From positions 181,488-245,487 of the forward strand of contig JAGVDM010000006.1 in NCBI GenBank assembly GCA_020058765.1: 64,000 nt of DNA, in the 5' to 3' direction. The stretch's first letter is position 1. Each line of letters begins with the position of its first letter. The notes under the pieces are model-generated. The model made no database searches. It had not been told where the DNA came from and worked only from the letters and a program-made list of their open reading frames with translations. The stretch is from Candidatus Peribacterales bacterium. GTDB lineage: Bacteria; Patescibacteriota; Gracilibacteria; Peribacterales; Peribacteraceae. A program made the translations under genes and the position numbers. Of the stretch, positions 6,882-16,883 are shown in pieces.

Positions 6882-9800
6882 ATGCCAGACGGCTCACTCC
6901 CAACCGGCGCTGAAGCAGAACCTACTGCCTCTGTAACTGACACAGTTGCAGAGCGTCGGCGACTAGCCGAAGAGTTGCAGCGAGGAGATGCAAGTCAACG
7001 TTTGGAGATTCTGCGTTCGCAACTTGCCCAGGAACGCAGTGTTGGATTAGAGGGCATACAAAAGCGAACGACGCTGTTGCGCGATATTATCCGCGGCAAC
7101 ATTACCGCGGAAAAAGACCAGGAGGCTCTCCTTACTGATCTGGATGCGGTGCACAGCGAAACGCTTGCAGACATGCAAACGAAGGAAGAAATCAACTGGA
7201 TGGATCGTTACGCGCAGCAGTATTTACCATACGAATGGAGCACGACTGCAAAGCAACGAACAGTTCTGGCCACAATGTATGGTGGCGCCGTAGTGGGCGT
7301 AATTGCAGGCTGGAAGCTGCTCAAGCGCCTATGGGGTGGCACCAAAAAAGCAGCGGTAAATGCGGCAAAGCAAACAACAAGCGGCGCGATGAATGTTGCC
7401 AAGTGGGTGCTCATTGGCACAGGTATCGACCACTTCATGTTGGGCGGACGCATACGAAATACATTGTTCAGCCTGGCAAATGGCACACTTCTCGCCGATG
7501 CAGCCAAGGAAAAACTAGAAGAGGCGAAAAAGCAGGCGGGCGAATTGGTACAAGGTGCAAAGGAAGCCGTCACAGATACTGTCGATACAGCGCGTGAAAC
7601 CGTACGAACAACCGCTGCAACAACGCGCGATACGGTTGCCTCCTCAGGTGCCGTGGAACGTGCAAAAATCGCTGTTGCAACACCTCTAATACTGCGAGGG
7701 AACGTTGCACAAGCAGATGCTGCAAACCTAGATATCTATGACATACGTACCGAAGAGAATGTCGCTGCTGTCCTCCAACGTATGGAGTCAAGCAACGTAT
7801 CTGTCGGAATCATACAGAGCATACTGAATAATTATCGGCAACCTGTGGATCGCGGCGACGCGCTCTACCAACAGTTGTATGCAACAGAAGATACAAACCT
7901 AACGACACTACAGAGAGCATCTCTAAAGCGCTCGTGCGAGTTCGTTGTTGCATCATTCGAAAAGCACCAATCGAATCTACAAGCTGCACATAGCAGCCTG
8001 CCGGAACCCAAGAAACCGTTCGATCAAATGACAATACTCGAAGCAATGAATCTGCTCGCCGAGAGCCCACTGAATCTTGCGCAAAGATTTGGGGGCGCGG
8101 TAGTCAAAATGGTGGAGAATCCCGCCGCTCGTACGGAAATTCTTAAGCAGTTCCTAGAGGAAGCCTATGAGACACGGGAATTTGTAACAGCAGAATTTAC
8201 AGAATGGATGCGAGTACTGACTCCTGAGGAGCAGATGACTGTTCGTAGTAATGTACTGAGCACAGCACTCGGTACATTGGGCATCGCGCCACTTTCAAGT
8301 GCGCCAACTCTTATCAACGGATTGAGCGATTTGAATGCTGCGGAGAAAAAGTTGCTTACAGCAATCATTACCGAAGTTCAGGAGCACAATCCTACAAAGA
8401 CTGATGGAGTAGTTGCCCGTGCAATGGAGGGTGATGAAGCGGTATTACAATCATTAGAACGGATTTGGAAGGAAGACCTGCGCCTGAAGGACGCACTGCA
8501 AATCCACTACCTACTGCGTAAAGCAGAACAGAGTGGTGCTGCAGATATTGCCCTGCGCCTCAAGATGCTCCATTTGCTCTCACGCTACGATCGTGTGAGC
8601 TATGGCCGTGCAGGTGGACAGCTGGCAGGCTCGCTCATTGAGAAAACTCTTGGTGTTGCTACTGGAGCAATCAATATCGAAGATGTTCCACCAGGGATCC
8701 GCCAAGTAGTGGAGCTTGCTGCGCGCGAAGCAAAGAACAAGGGAGAAGACTGGCTCGCATGGGCGATCGGTCTGCTTACAACCACACCAGGATTGATCAT
8801 ATCCGGAATCGTGGCGCTACGATTGCGTCTCTACAAGCCTGCAAATGCCATTCTTTCCAGCCCGCTTGCACTGCACAACTGGCAGCGATCAGCTGACTTG
8901 CGCTTCCTTCGCTACAGACGAAAGGCCATGTTCCTGTGGCTGCGTACCGAGCCACGTTCACTCTCAGAGATCGAACAGCGATTCCGCGTACCAGCGAGCG
9001 TTGCCGCAGAACTGCAAACTCTCGCAGATCAATTTGCAGACAAACAGCAGAAGGTTGGCACGCTCTTCCGGCAAACGCGCATGAACCTGCTCATCCGCGA
9101 CACACTGCTCCAAATCGGAGAGCGCCGTTACTCGTGGCTCAAGAGCGAAACAGATACCAAGAAAATCGCTCAGATCTACGGGCTCGTAACACCGGATGGC
9201 AAATACGACCTAAAGGGCGCAGAAGCAATTCAGCAGCACATTGCCACAACCGAAGCGCAGCGCAGAGGCAGAGCATCCAAAAAAGATATGCAACGCGCAG
9301 TCACACGGATCGATCGTTTCGCTGACCTGCGACAAAAGCAGCTGCAGATGGATGGCATTGATCTTACTCAAGCGGTATCGGTAACGGGAGAGGTGGAACA
9401 AGAAACAGTAACAGATACCGATACGGCAGCTGACACAACGGAGCCGCAGGCAACGGAAACCGATACGGAACCGGATGTCGCTGCAGCAGACTTGGAACGT
9501 GCGAACAGCGCCATTTCGCTTTTGCAAAGCGACATTGATGCCTTGGTGGATGCGGCCGAAGATCTCAGCACGGACGCGAAGCGCAACGCCGTACGTCGTG
9601 CGGGAGATGTGATATTCGGACGACTGGAATTCGTACAAGGAATGTACGGCCATGTATCCGGAGTGAACGATCAATGTGACGCACTCATGCAACAGCTGGA
9701 AGGCGTGCAAGAACAAGTATCCGCTGCGGCGACTGCAGTGCCAGATGCGGCAACGGAGCAGACTGATACGGAAACAGAGCAAACAAGCGAGGCGAATACG

Positions 9801-10346
9801 GGCACACAAGGCGCGCCCGCCGAAGCAGCCCCAGCGGCGGCAACGCAGACTAGTAATGAAGTGCCAGAGAGTGCTCCGGCGCCAACGGAAACAGCTGAGC
9901 AAGAAGCAATGCCTGCTCAGGCAGAAAGCGAAACGAAAGCATCTGCTGCTCCATCCGCAATTCCTGAACAGTGGCAGCAAAAGTTCGACAGCGCAAAAAC
10001 GCTCATGAAGCGATATGCGGACATGAACACAGCACTGACTCCTGCAGCAAGGCGATCACTCAAAACGGATCTTTCCGCATTGCGCAATTGGCTAAATAGC
10101 CAACGGCAAGGTGCCACTGACACAAGCTCTCAAGCGGAGATCGACGCAATGCTTGGCGAGGTCAATGGAATGCTGACGGAACTCGATACGAGCAGAAAGA
10201 CTGCTGCATCTACCAAAGTAGAAGCGGCTCAATCTGCAGATATTGCGAATATTCCGAGTACGCAACAAACACTCCGGATTAGCCCCGATACGCGTGGCAC
10301 AGATACAGACACTGATTCTAACGTGAATATCCGCGGTCGACGCTAA
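6882..10346 (+). CDS. hypothetical large membrane-associated protein (1154 aa)
   Basis: Uninterrupted 3.5-kb ORF. Hydrophobic helices include TVLATMYGGAVVGVIAGW, VAKWVLIGTGIDHFML and WLAWAIGLLTTTPGLIISGIVAL. The rest is mostly helical or coiled-coil-like with acidic Thr/Asp/Glu linkers (TDTDTAADTTEPQATETDTEPD). No catalytic motif recognised. Confidence 0.7.
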   Translation: MPDGSLPTGAEAEPTASVTDTVAERRRLAEELQRGDASQRLEILRSQLAQERSVGLEGIQKRTTLLRDIIRGNITAEKDQEALLTDLDAVHSETLADMQTKEEINWMDRYAQQYLPYEWSTTAKQRTVLATMYGGAVVGVIAGWKLLKRLWGGTKKAAVNAAKQTTSGAMNVAKWVLIGTGIDHFMLGGRIRNTLFSLANGTLLADAAKEKLEEAKKQAGELVQGAKEAVTDTVDTARETVRTTAATTRDTVASSGAVERAKIAVATPLILRGNVAQADAANLDIYDIRTEENVAAVLQRMESSNVSVGIIQSILNNYRQPVDRGDALYQQLYATEDTNLTTLQRASLKRSCEFVVASFEKHQSNLQAAHSSLPEPKKPFDQMTILEAMNLLAESPLNLAQRFGGAVVKMVENPAARTEILKQFLEEAYETREFVTAEFTEWMRVLTPEEQMTVRSNVLSTALGTLGIAPLSSAPTLINGLSDLNAAEKKLLTAIITEVQEHNPTKTDGVVARAMEGDEAVLQSLERIWKEDLRLKDALQIHYLLRKAEQSGAADIALRLKMLHLLSRYDRVSYGRAGGQLAGSLIEKTLGVATGAINIEDVPPGIRQVVELAAREAKNKGEDWLAWAIGLLTTTPGLIISGIVALRLRLYKPANAILSSPLALHNWQRSADLRFLRYRRKAMFLWLRTEPRSLSEIEQRFRVPASVAAELQTLADQFADKQQKVGTLFRQTRMNLLIRDTLLQIGERRYSWLKSETDTKKIAQIYGLVTPDGKYDLKGAEAIQQHIATTEAQRRGRASKKDMQRAVTRIDRFADLRQKQLQMDGIDLTQAVSVTGEVEQETVTDTDTAADTTEPQATETDTEPDVAAADLERANSAISLLQSDIDALVDAAEDLSTDAKRNAVRRAGDVIFGRLEFVQGMYGHVSGVNDQCDALMQQLEGVQEQVSAAATAVPDAATEQTDTETEQTSEANTGTQGAPAEAAPAAATQTSNEVPESAPAPTETAEQEAMPAQAESETKASAAPSAIPEQWQQKFDSAKTLMKRYADMNTALTPAARRSLKTDLSALRNWLNSQRQGATDTSSQAEIDAMLGEVNGMLTELDTSRKTAASTKVEAAQSADIANIPSTQQTLRISPDTRGTDTDTDSNVNIRGRR

Positions 10347-10356
10347 GCCAACATTC

Positions 10357-13300
10357 ATGCCTGAAACATCTCCTCCACAATCGGCACCGCAACCGATCTT
10401 CGACTTCGATGAGCTGGCGCCTGAACGCGAATCTCTTAAAAAATTGGAATCGGAAAAGACAATTAGCCTGCAAGAATCGGCGAAAGCCGAAATTCTTGCA
10501 CTAACAGAGAATACGCAACACCCTTTGTACGAGCTGCCCCCCAATGCGGATGAGCACCTGCGGCAACTACAGGGAAGTGCGCAGCAAAAAATGATCCTGA
10601 TGGTGGAGTATATGGATGCACTTGCATCCATGGGCGTTAATCAAGATAAGCATGCAGCCTTCGTCGAAACTGCAAATTCTTTCCTTGAAGGAATCCGTGC
10701 ACTGGAATCTGCTGCACAGGAATTCGCACGGGAAGACGTTGCCGCACTTGCCGGATCAGACGAATTTAAAAAGAGCCGATCATCGCTCAAAGAAGCACTG
10801 GGCCTCAAAGGTGAACAGCAGTCATTCGACGATCTGCTTGCGGAGCTGGCATCGCCAATACAATCGCCATCAGCAACAAAAGTAACGCACGAAAAAACAA
10901 TGCAAGCGCGGCTTGATGCAACGTATCAATCGTTGATTGCACTGCAGTACGAATTGCTCACTTTCACATTCGGACCAGCACTACGGAGTCTGCAATATCA
11001 AGAGCAATTCCCTGATCTCCTTGAGGGAGAAAACGCGAATAATCTCACGGCAGAAGAAGTAGATGCAGTACTGAAAACACTCGCTGTATTTGTGCATCAG
11101 CGCAGAATGTACGAGGCGCGTTTACAAAAAGCAGAGCCGGATAAATCGTCAAATATCTATGCATATTTGGGTGTAGCTGCAGAAGAGGTTGCTGAAGAAT
11201 TTGCAGAGGGCAGTATAAATTTCGGTACATTGAAGCCAGGACAAGCTCCGGTGCTGCGCTTTTTAAAACTGCCAAACTGGTTTACGCGAATGGACATAGC
11301 CGCACAGCGCAACATGCTGGTCGGATTCCAAAAGGCGAAAGAAATGCTCGGTGCGAACGCACCAAAGATTTCTGAAGTACTAGGATCTTTGGAAAAATCA
11401 CCGATCGGATCGAAGTTCTGGAAACAGCTCATGACAATAGAGAGCCCCGTAACCGTCGCGCTCTACGCGATGTACGTGCACTCAAGCGGTAACCCATTAA
11501 AGGCAACAATGGACTTTGCAGGATTCCTCGCAACAAGTGCCGCAAGCAACGCTTTGCTCGCATCGGCGACAGAACTTCTTGCAGGAGCAGCACTTGTTGC
11601 GCAACGCGCAAAAAACACCGAACTTGCACTCAGATTACTTACGCTTGCCCGACTCCCAAAGCATCCTGCCATTCAATTCGCAGCGGCAATCGGCATTGCA
11701 CTGGGAATGTCTCCCGTCATTGATGCATGTACTTCATGGGTTGATGAGCAGATACCCGATAGTGCGAAAAAACGAGGTTTGAACAATGCAATCAGTATTG
11801 TATCTGGATCTTCGATTATCGATTCAGCGCAATTTCTTTGGACGGAGAGCGGCTTTGGAAGTATTGATACCGAGACAGATGCAACATCGTATCTTTCGAA
11901 GGAAGTGCTCGCCGGAGCGTGGGACAGCACTGGCATCATCCAAAGCCGAAAAATGAACGGCATCATCGACTGGAACGAAAAAGTAGATCGCGCCGCAGAG
12001 AATGAGACAAACCCTCTCATGCGCAAGCTGCATCAATTGGAGCATGCAGACTACGGTGGCCCATGGGCACAACGACGTGCATTCGAGCTGTATAGCTTCA
12101 CGGAGCAGGCAAAACAGTTGCAATCGGCAATCGGTGCTGAGCTGGTAAAACGAGGAAAGATAAAAAACGCAGGTTCATTTGATCTACTCACCATTGCAAC
12201 ATCGGATACATCTGAGGAACGACCGGACTGGCAAATGAAAATCATGGAAGACGACACGCGCACCGCAACAGGTGCAAGCATCGCATACATCAAAAGCTTG
12301 GGAGAAAAAGACGAACTCTCACAATTATGGAAATCATACCGACCATTACTGAAAATAATTTCCGAACGTGTGGCGACATACAGGCACCTGCAAATTTACA
12401 ACAAGCAAACATGGCTTGGTGATGGGAAACAAAAAGAAATGCCCAAAATGGTGCAGGACGGCATTGCTGCAGAAATCAGTTATCAAATGCAAAGGAAGGA
12501 TATCCTTACCTACAGTAAAAACAGTGGGTACAGCAAAGATCATTTTATGCTGTTGGTTACAGATGTGGAAGAGCGCCGCGCACATCGTGATGTGCCGATG
12601 AAACTGCAAATTACAGATGAAACGGCATGGCCGAATGCATTCACGGATCTTCCTGGTTGGCTTAAACGGCTGCAGAAACACAACGACATTAACAAAAACG
12701 TCATTGATAAAGTCGACCGTCACTTCCTCGAACTTGTACTAGCGAGTCTGAAGGCAGAATCAACTCAAGGAAAAAACGCATTCCGCTTCGCGAAGCTGAG
12801 CGAAAAAATCTTGGCGGAATCCCAGGAGCAGCCGGAACTTGCCATGCATGCCATGCTCATGGCATATGCCAAAACGCTCCCCGACGAGGATATCGCAAAG
12901 CAATTGCATCCATCACGTTGGTGGCAGGATGAATACAACAAATTGCAAGTGATGCATACGAAGGAAAAAGACCCGATCAAACGAGCTGAGCTCAGTAAAA
13001 AAATGCTTAAAACAGCTGCAGACTACCGGGGCAGTGGTGCTGGCGGCGTGAGTTCGCTCGATCTCTACAAAAAAATGCCGAACGATATGAGCGTGAATAC
13101 GCATGTGTGTTTACGGTACGACGTACAAGAGAAAACATGGTACGTCGATACGACTGTGCACGCGGAAATGCCCTACATTGCCATAAGTGGATTAGGGAGC
13201 AGGCATCATTTTCCAAAAATGAATATCCGTGAAACCGTGCCATTCAGCCAGTGGAGAAAAGATAATCCGGTCTCCGCTGCAATTCTCGCTCCAGAAATGA

Positions 13301-14055
13301 TCTGGCATGAGAAGTTTATTACGCAGATGGCGAAGGTGCAGAAAGAGGACGAAGACGCGATGACAGCGCACTACAAAAAGCTGGAGCATCAGCGCATCGA
13401 ACAAGAGAAAACCGATGCGGAACGCGCACGTGATGCAGCCAAGGCACGCCCGAACATGTGGGTGCCTTTCGGGCAGGAAATCGACAATATCCGATACGAA
13501 CGGGTGCTCTATCATGCCGATGGTGATGCCTTCATCTACCTAAAGTCTCCGGAAGATCTTTCCGTTCCTGCATGGCGTTCTGCAGACTCCCCTCCTGCGG
13601 TGATGCAAACCCGTTTGCTGGTAACGCAAAAAGGTAAAAGTTTCTCGATGATAATGGGGCCAAATTACCGCCCGTTCATCGAGCATTTTGAGAACGGGGC
13701 TTATGCAAACATGTCGTATTTGTTCACAGCAGGACTGACATTCCCGTATGCAACAGAATCTGGCGAGCGACTGAATGCGAACAGCATGCGCCAGCCAATC
13801 ATGAATATGCTGGGCACATTTAATTGCAGTAATACAATGTGGCACGTGGATTGGCAGGATGCGGTGGAGAACGCTGTCAAAGACGAACAATTCTATCGCG
13901 ATCCAGAAACCGCGAGCTGGTTCCTGCGGCAGTTGCATACCGAACTTGACTACGCCACTCGTGTCGGCAGCGATTCCAGCAAGCGGAAGCCTCTTACGCT
14001 GAGAGCATTCGTCGACGCAATAGCAAAAACAAAATCCATTGTGAATAAGGGTTGA
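10357..14055 (+). CDS. hypothetical large protein (1232 aa)
   Basis: Uninterrupted 3.7-kb ORF starting 10 nt after the previous stop. There is a hydrophobic region around VTVALYAMYV...AIQFAAAIGIALGMSPVI. No recognisable domain. It looks visibly more A/T-rich than its neighbours. Confidence 0.7.
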   Translation: MPETSPPQSAPQPIFDFDELAPERESLKKLESEKTISLQESAKAEILALTENTQHPLYELPPNADEHLRQLQGSAQQKMILMVEYMDALASMGVNQDKHAAFVETANSFLEGIRALESAAQEFAREDVAALAGSDEFKKSRSSLKEALGLKGEQQSFDDLLAELASPIQSPSATKVTHEKTMQARLDATYQSLIALQYELLTFTFGPALRSLQYQEQFPDLLEGENANNLTAEEVDAVLKTLAVFVHQRRMYEARLQKAEPDKSSNIYAYLGVAAEEVAEEFAEGSINFGTLKPGQAPVLRFLKLPNWFTRMDIAAQRNMLVGFQKAKEMLGANAPKISEVLGSLEKSPIGSKFWKQLMTIESPVTVALYAMYVHSSGNPLKATMDFAGFLATSAASNALLASATELLAGAALVAQRAKNTELALRLLTLARLPKHPAIQFAAAIGIALGMSPVIDACTSWVDEQIPDSAKKRGLNNAISIVSGSSIIDSAQFLWTESGFGSIDTETDATSYLSKEVLAGAWDSTGIIQSRKMNGIIDWNEKVDRAAENETNPLMRKLHQLEHADYGGPWAQRRAFELYSFTEQAKQLQSAIGAELVKRGKIKNAGSFDLLTIATSDTSEERPDWQMKIMEDDTRTATGASIAYIKSLGEKDELSQLWKSYRPLLKIISERVATYRHLQIYNKQTWLGDGKQKEMPKMVQDGIAAEISYQMQRKDILTYSKNSGYSKDHFMLLVTDVEERRAHRDVPMKLQITDETAWPNAFTDLPGWLKRLQKHNDINKNVIDKVDRHFLELVLASLKAESTQGKNAFRFAKLSEKILAESQEQPELAMHAMLMAYAKTLPDEDIAKQLHPSRWWQDEYNKLQVMHTKEKDPIKRAELSKKMLKTAADYRGSGAGGVSSLDLYKKMPNDMSVNTHVCLRYDVQEKTWYVDTTVHAEMPYIAISGLGSRHHFPKMNIRETVPFSQWRKDNPVSAAILAPEMIWHEKFITQMAKVQKEDEDAMTAHYKKLEHQRIEQEKTDAERARDAAKARPNMWVPFGQEIDNIRYERVLYHADGDAFIYLKSPEDLSVPAWRSADSPPAVMQTRLLVTQKGKSFSMIMGPNYRPFIEHFENGAYANMSYLFTAGLTFPYATESGERLNANSMRQPIMNMLGTFNCSNTMWHVDWQDAVENAVKDEQFYRDPETASWFLRQLHTELDYATRVGSDSSKRKPLTLRAFVDAIAKTKSIVNKG

Positions 14056-14065
14056 AGAAAAAAGC

Positions 14066-14878
14066 ATGGAGGCAGGTATTGAGCGCTACACTAGTAGTGT
14101 GACTTTGTCGTATTCTCAGCTCCAGCTCTACCGCCGCTGTCCCAAGCAGTACGAATTTGCTGTGATCAAAAAAATCGGCAGACCGATCAATGCAGGGGAA
14201 AGCTTTGGCGCCTCGGTACATAACACCCTGAAAAAATGGGGGGAACTGGAAATAGAAAGACAGCAGTCAGTGGCCAGCAGTCAACTACTACTCTTCGCCG
14301 AAGAGAAACCTGATCAGTCACCACTGACCACTGACCATTTGCTCACGCTCTGGCATCAATCCTTCATTGTGGAAGGATATGCCACGCGTGCAGAAGCAGA
14401 TGCTGCACGCCAAAGAGGCGAAAAAGTATTACGTGCATTTTATGAGTGGTGGCAGGCAGAGCCGCGCCGCGTTCTCATCATTGAAAAGGGATTTGAAGTC
14501 GCAGTGGATGACGGAACAATTACTGGCAGGCTGGATCGCATCGAACAGCATCCAGACGGACTACATGTGATCGACTTCAAGACTGGCGCTCCTCGTACGC
14601 AGGACGAAGTGGATGCTGATCTGCAGCTCTCTATTTACGCTATGGGCGCAGTACAGCTGCTCGCTGTGCCATGCGCCAAACTCACACTGCTCTTCTTGGG
14701 AGAAGAAGGCGTAACAGCTATGACTACCATGCGCAGTGAGGGGCAACTCAAAGATGCAAAAATACAGATCCGCGCACTCATTGATCGCCTGGAAAGCGGC
14801 GACTACCACCCAACACCCAGCCGCGAAAAATGTCGCAGTTGCCCATACCGTTCGGTTTGTAGTGCATCGGCGGTGTAA
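14066..14878 (+). CDS. PD-(D/E)XK nuclease, Cas4/AddB-like with a four-Cys cluster
   Basis: YSQLQLYRRCPKQYEF supplies the first Cys. GRLDRIE...VIDFKTG is the D...DxK motif and QLSIYAMG the QxxxY motif. The C-terminal CRSCPYRSVC supplies three more Cys. The gene starts 10 nt after the giant ORF. Confidence 0.7.
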   Translation: MEAGIERYTSSVTLSYSQLQLYRRCPKQYEFAVIKKIGRPINAGESFGASVHNTLKKWGELEIERQQSVASSQLLLFAEEKPDQSPLTTDHLLTLWHQSFIVEGYATRAEADAARQRGEKVLRAFYEWWQAEPRRVLIIEKGFEVAVDDGTITGRLDRIEQHPDGLHVIDFKTGAPRTQDEVDADLQLSIYAMGAVQLLAVPCAKLTLLFLGEEGVTAMTTMRSEGQLKDAKIQIRALIDRLESGDYHPTPSREKCRSCPYRSVCSASAV

Positions 14879-14893
14879 GGCATACTCAAACGT

Positions 14894-15334
14894 ATGCAGC
14901 ACGTAAGCGAAATCCTCCGCAATTACCTGTTCCTGATCCCGGTCGTGGTGCTCATTCTTACAGAGCTCGCGAAGGTCTCCGTGCGCACCGTGCAAGAGGG
15001 TGAAAGCTTCTGGAGTGGCCACTGGGTAAAGTGGCTGTTCCGCCCGGGCGGCATCCCAAGCAGTCACTCAGCATTTGTGACATCTCTCCTCATTGTAGTA
15101 GGGCGCAAAATGGCGTTCACATCTGTGGAATTCGCTATTGCGTTCGTATTTGCCTGCATTGTTTGGTACGACGCCATGAGCGTGCGTTACCAAGTAGGCA
15201 AGCAAGCAGAAGTACTCAATCGTTTGCAGCATTGGAAGCATTTCTCCGAACAGCTGGGGCACTCCTTTATGGAAGTGATTGCGGGCATCGCTTTCGGCTC
15301 GGCAGTAACGGCGTTGGGTATCTGGCTGAGTTGA
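14894..15334 (+). CDS. DUF212 / acid phosphatase-vanadium haloperoxidase-related membrane protein
   Basis: GGIPSSHSAFVTSL and LGHSFMEVIAGIAFG motifs in a protein of about four TM helices. Confidence 0.6.
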   Translation: MQHVSEILRNYLFLIPVVVLILTELAKVSVRTVQEGESFWSGHWVKWLFRPGGIPSSHSAFVTSLLIVVGRKMAFTSVEFAIAFVFACIVWYDAMSVRYQVGKQAEVLNRLQHWKHFSEQLGHSFMEVIAGIAFGSAVTALGIWLS

Positions 15335-15371
15335 TAGCGGAGCAGAGATGCTCCGGCTACACTTGGCAGCA

Positions 15372-16796
15372 ATGGGACGCATAGCCGACCAACAGAAGGA
15401 CTTTCCGCAGTGGTACCTCGACGTGATTGCCGAGGCAGGCCTCGCAGAGCATGCAGAAGTAAAAGGCTGCATCATTTTTAAGCCCTATGGCTATGCCCTC
15501 TGGGAGCGCATTCAGCAAGATCTCGATCGACGCATCAAGGCGCTTGGCGTACAAAATGCGTATTTCCCTTTGTTCATTCCGGAATCGGTGATTGCAAAGG
15601 AGAAGGATCACATAGAAGGATTCGCTCCCGAATGCGCAGTGGTGACACATGGTGGCGGCAAAGAGTTGGCCGAAAAACTCTACGTGCGTCCTACGAGTGA
15701 AACGATCATCTACACCACCTTTGCAAAGTGGGTGCAGTCGTATCGAGATCTCCCACTCAAGATCAACCAGTGGGCGAACGTCGTACGATGGGAAATGCGT
15801 ACACGTCCGTTTTTGCGCACACTCGAGTTCTTATGGCAGGAAGGCCACACATGCCACGCTACAAAGGAAGATGCAGATGCAATGGTGAACGCTGCGCTGC
15901 AAATGTATGTAGATTTCGATAGAGAGTTCCTCGCCATTCCTGTGGTGCAGGGTCGCAAGCCAGAGCACGAAAAATTTGCAGGAGCGCTCTACACACTCTC
16001 CACCGAAGCACTCGCTCGCGACGGCAAAGCAATCCAAGCTGGCACATCACACAACTTGGGACAGGGCTTCTCTGAGGCGTACGACGTGAGTTACTTGAGC
16101 GAGCAGGGCAAAGCAGAACGGCCATGGATGACAAGCTGGGGTCTCTCCACTCGCATCATCGGAACGTTAATCGTGGTGCACGGTGACGAGAAGGGGCTGC
16201 GCTTGCCACCGAACATCGCACCAATCCAAGCGGTGATTGTACCGATTTATAAGTCAGATGAAGAGAGGGAAAAGGTACTGGAAGCCGCTCGCACACTCAT
16301 AGCTGAGCTGGATGGCGTACGTGTGCATTTGGATGATCGCGATGAGAAATCGCCCGGCTTTAAATTCAACGAATGGGAAGTAAAGGGCGTACCGATCCGC
16401 ATGGAAATCGGGCCAAAAGATTTGGAGAAGAAGCAGGCCATACTCGCCCGGCGCGACACGTCAGAAAAGGCTCCGATGCCACTCAAAGATATTGCAAAGG
16501 CAGTGCCAAAACTCCTGGCAGAAGTGCAGGCGACCTTGCTTGCGCAGGCCGAAGAGTACGTAAAGACGCATACGCACACCGCGAAGAGTATGGACGAGCT
16601 GAAATCGATCATCGAAGCGGACGGAGGATTTGTATGGGCACCATGGGACGGTACGGGTGCCACGGCAAATCGCGTGAAGGAGGAAACCAAAGCAACCATT
16701 CGCATTGTAGGGAGCGAAGAGGATGCCAAGGGAAAGAATGACATCTGCAGCGGCGCACCGGCTGTGACAATGGCGCTGTACGCAAAGGCGTACTAA
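15372..16796 (+). CDS. proS: proline--tRNA ligase (archaeal/eukaryal-like type)
   Basis: DFPQWYLDVIAEAGLAEHAEVKGCIIFKPYGYALWE, RPTSETIIY, RWEMRTRPFLRTLEFLWQEGH. The start could be 15348 or 15372; I prefer 15372. Confidence 0.9.
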   Translation: MGRIADQQKDFPQWYLDVIAEAGLAEHAEVKGCIIFKPYGYALWERIQQDLDRRIKALGVQNAYFPLFIPESVIAKEKDHIEGFAPECAVVTHGGGKELAEKLYVRPTSETIIYTTFAKWVQSYRDLPLKINQWANVVRWEMRTRPFLRTLEFLWQEGHTCHATKEDADAMVNAALQMYVDFDREFLAIPVVQGRKPEHEKFAGALYTLSTEALARDGKAIQAGTSHNLGQGFSEAYDVSYLSEQGKAERPWMTSWGLSTRIIGTLIVVHGDEKGLRLPPNIAPIQAVIVPIYKSDEEREKVLEAARTLIAELDGVRVHLDDRDEKSPGFKFNEWEVKGVPIRMEIGPKDLEKKQAILARRDTSEKAPMPLKDIAKAVPKLLAEVQATLLAQAEEYVKTHTHTAKSMDELKSIIEADGGFVWAPWDGTGATANRVKEETKATIRIVGSEEDAKGKNDICSGAPAVTMALYAKAY

Positions 16797-16883
16797 TCGC
16801 AGAAACTGCGCAGAGCGCAATCGGATGACACTCGCGCGCATGCAGAAAATGCGTATAATTAGCGCGATTTTCCACCCGACTCC

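Noticed and set aside
9380-9830. Repetitive-looking DNA (accgatacgg..., gaaacagagcaaaca...) that might be tandem repeats or a CRISPR-like array.
   Set aside because: The repeats are short, imperfect and in frame inside the 1154-aa ORF, where they encode the acidic Thr/Asp/Glu linkers (TDTDTAADTTEPQATETDTEPD, TDTETEQTSE). There is no repeat-spacer periodicity.
16825-16859. A full sigma70 promoter upstream of the ytxH-like gene.
   Set aside because: A perfect TATAAT is present at 16854-16859. The best -35-like hexamer (ATGACA at 16825-16830) is 23 nt away, which is too far. Only the -10 box is noted, in the feature evidence.
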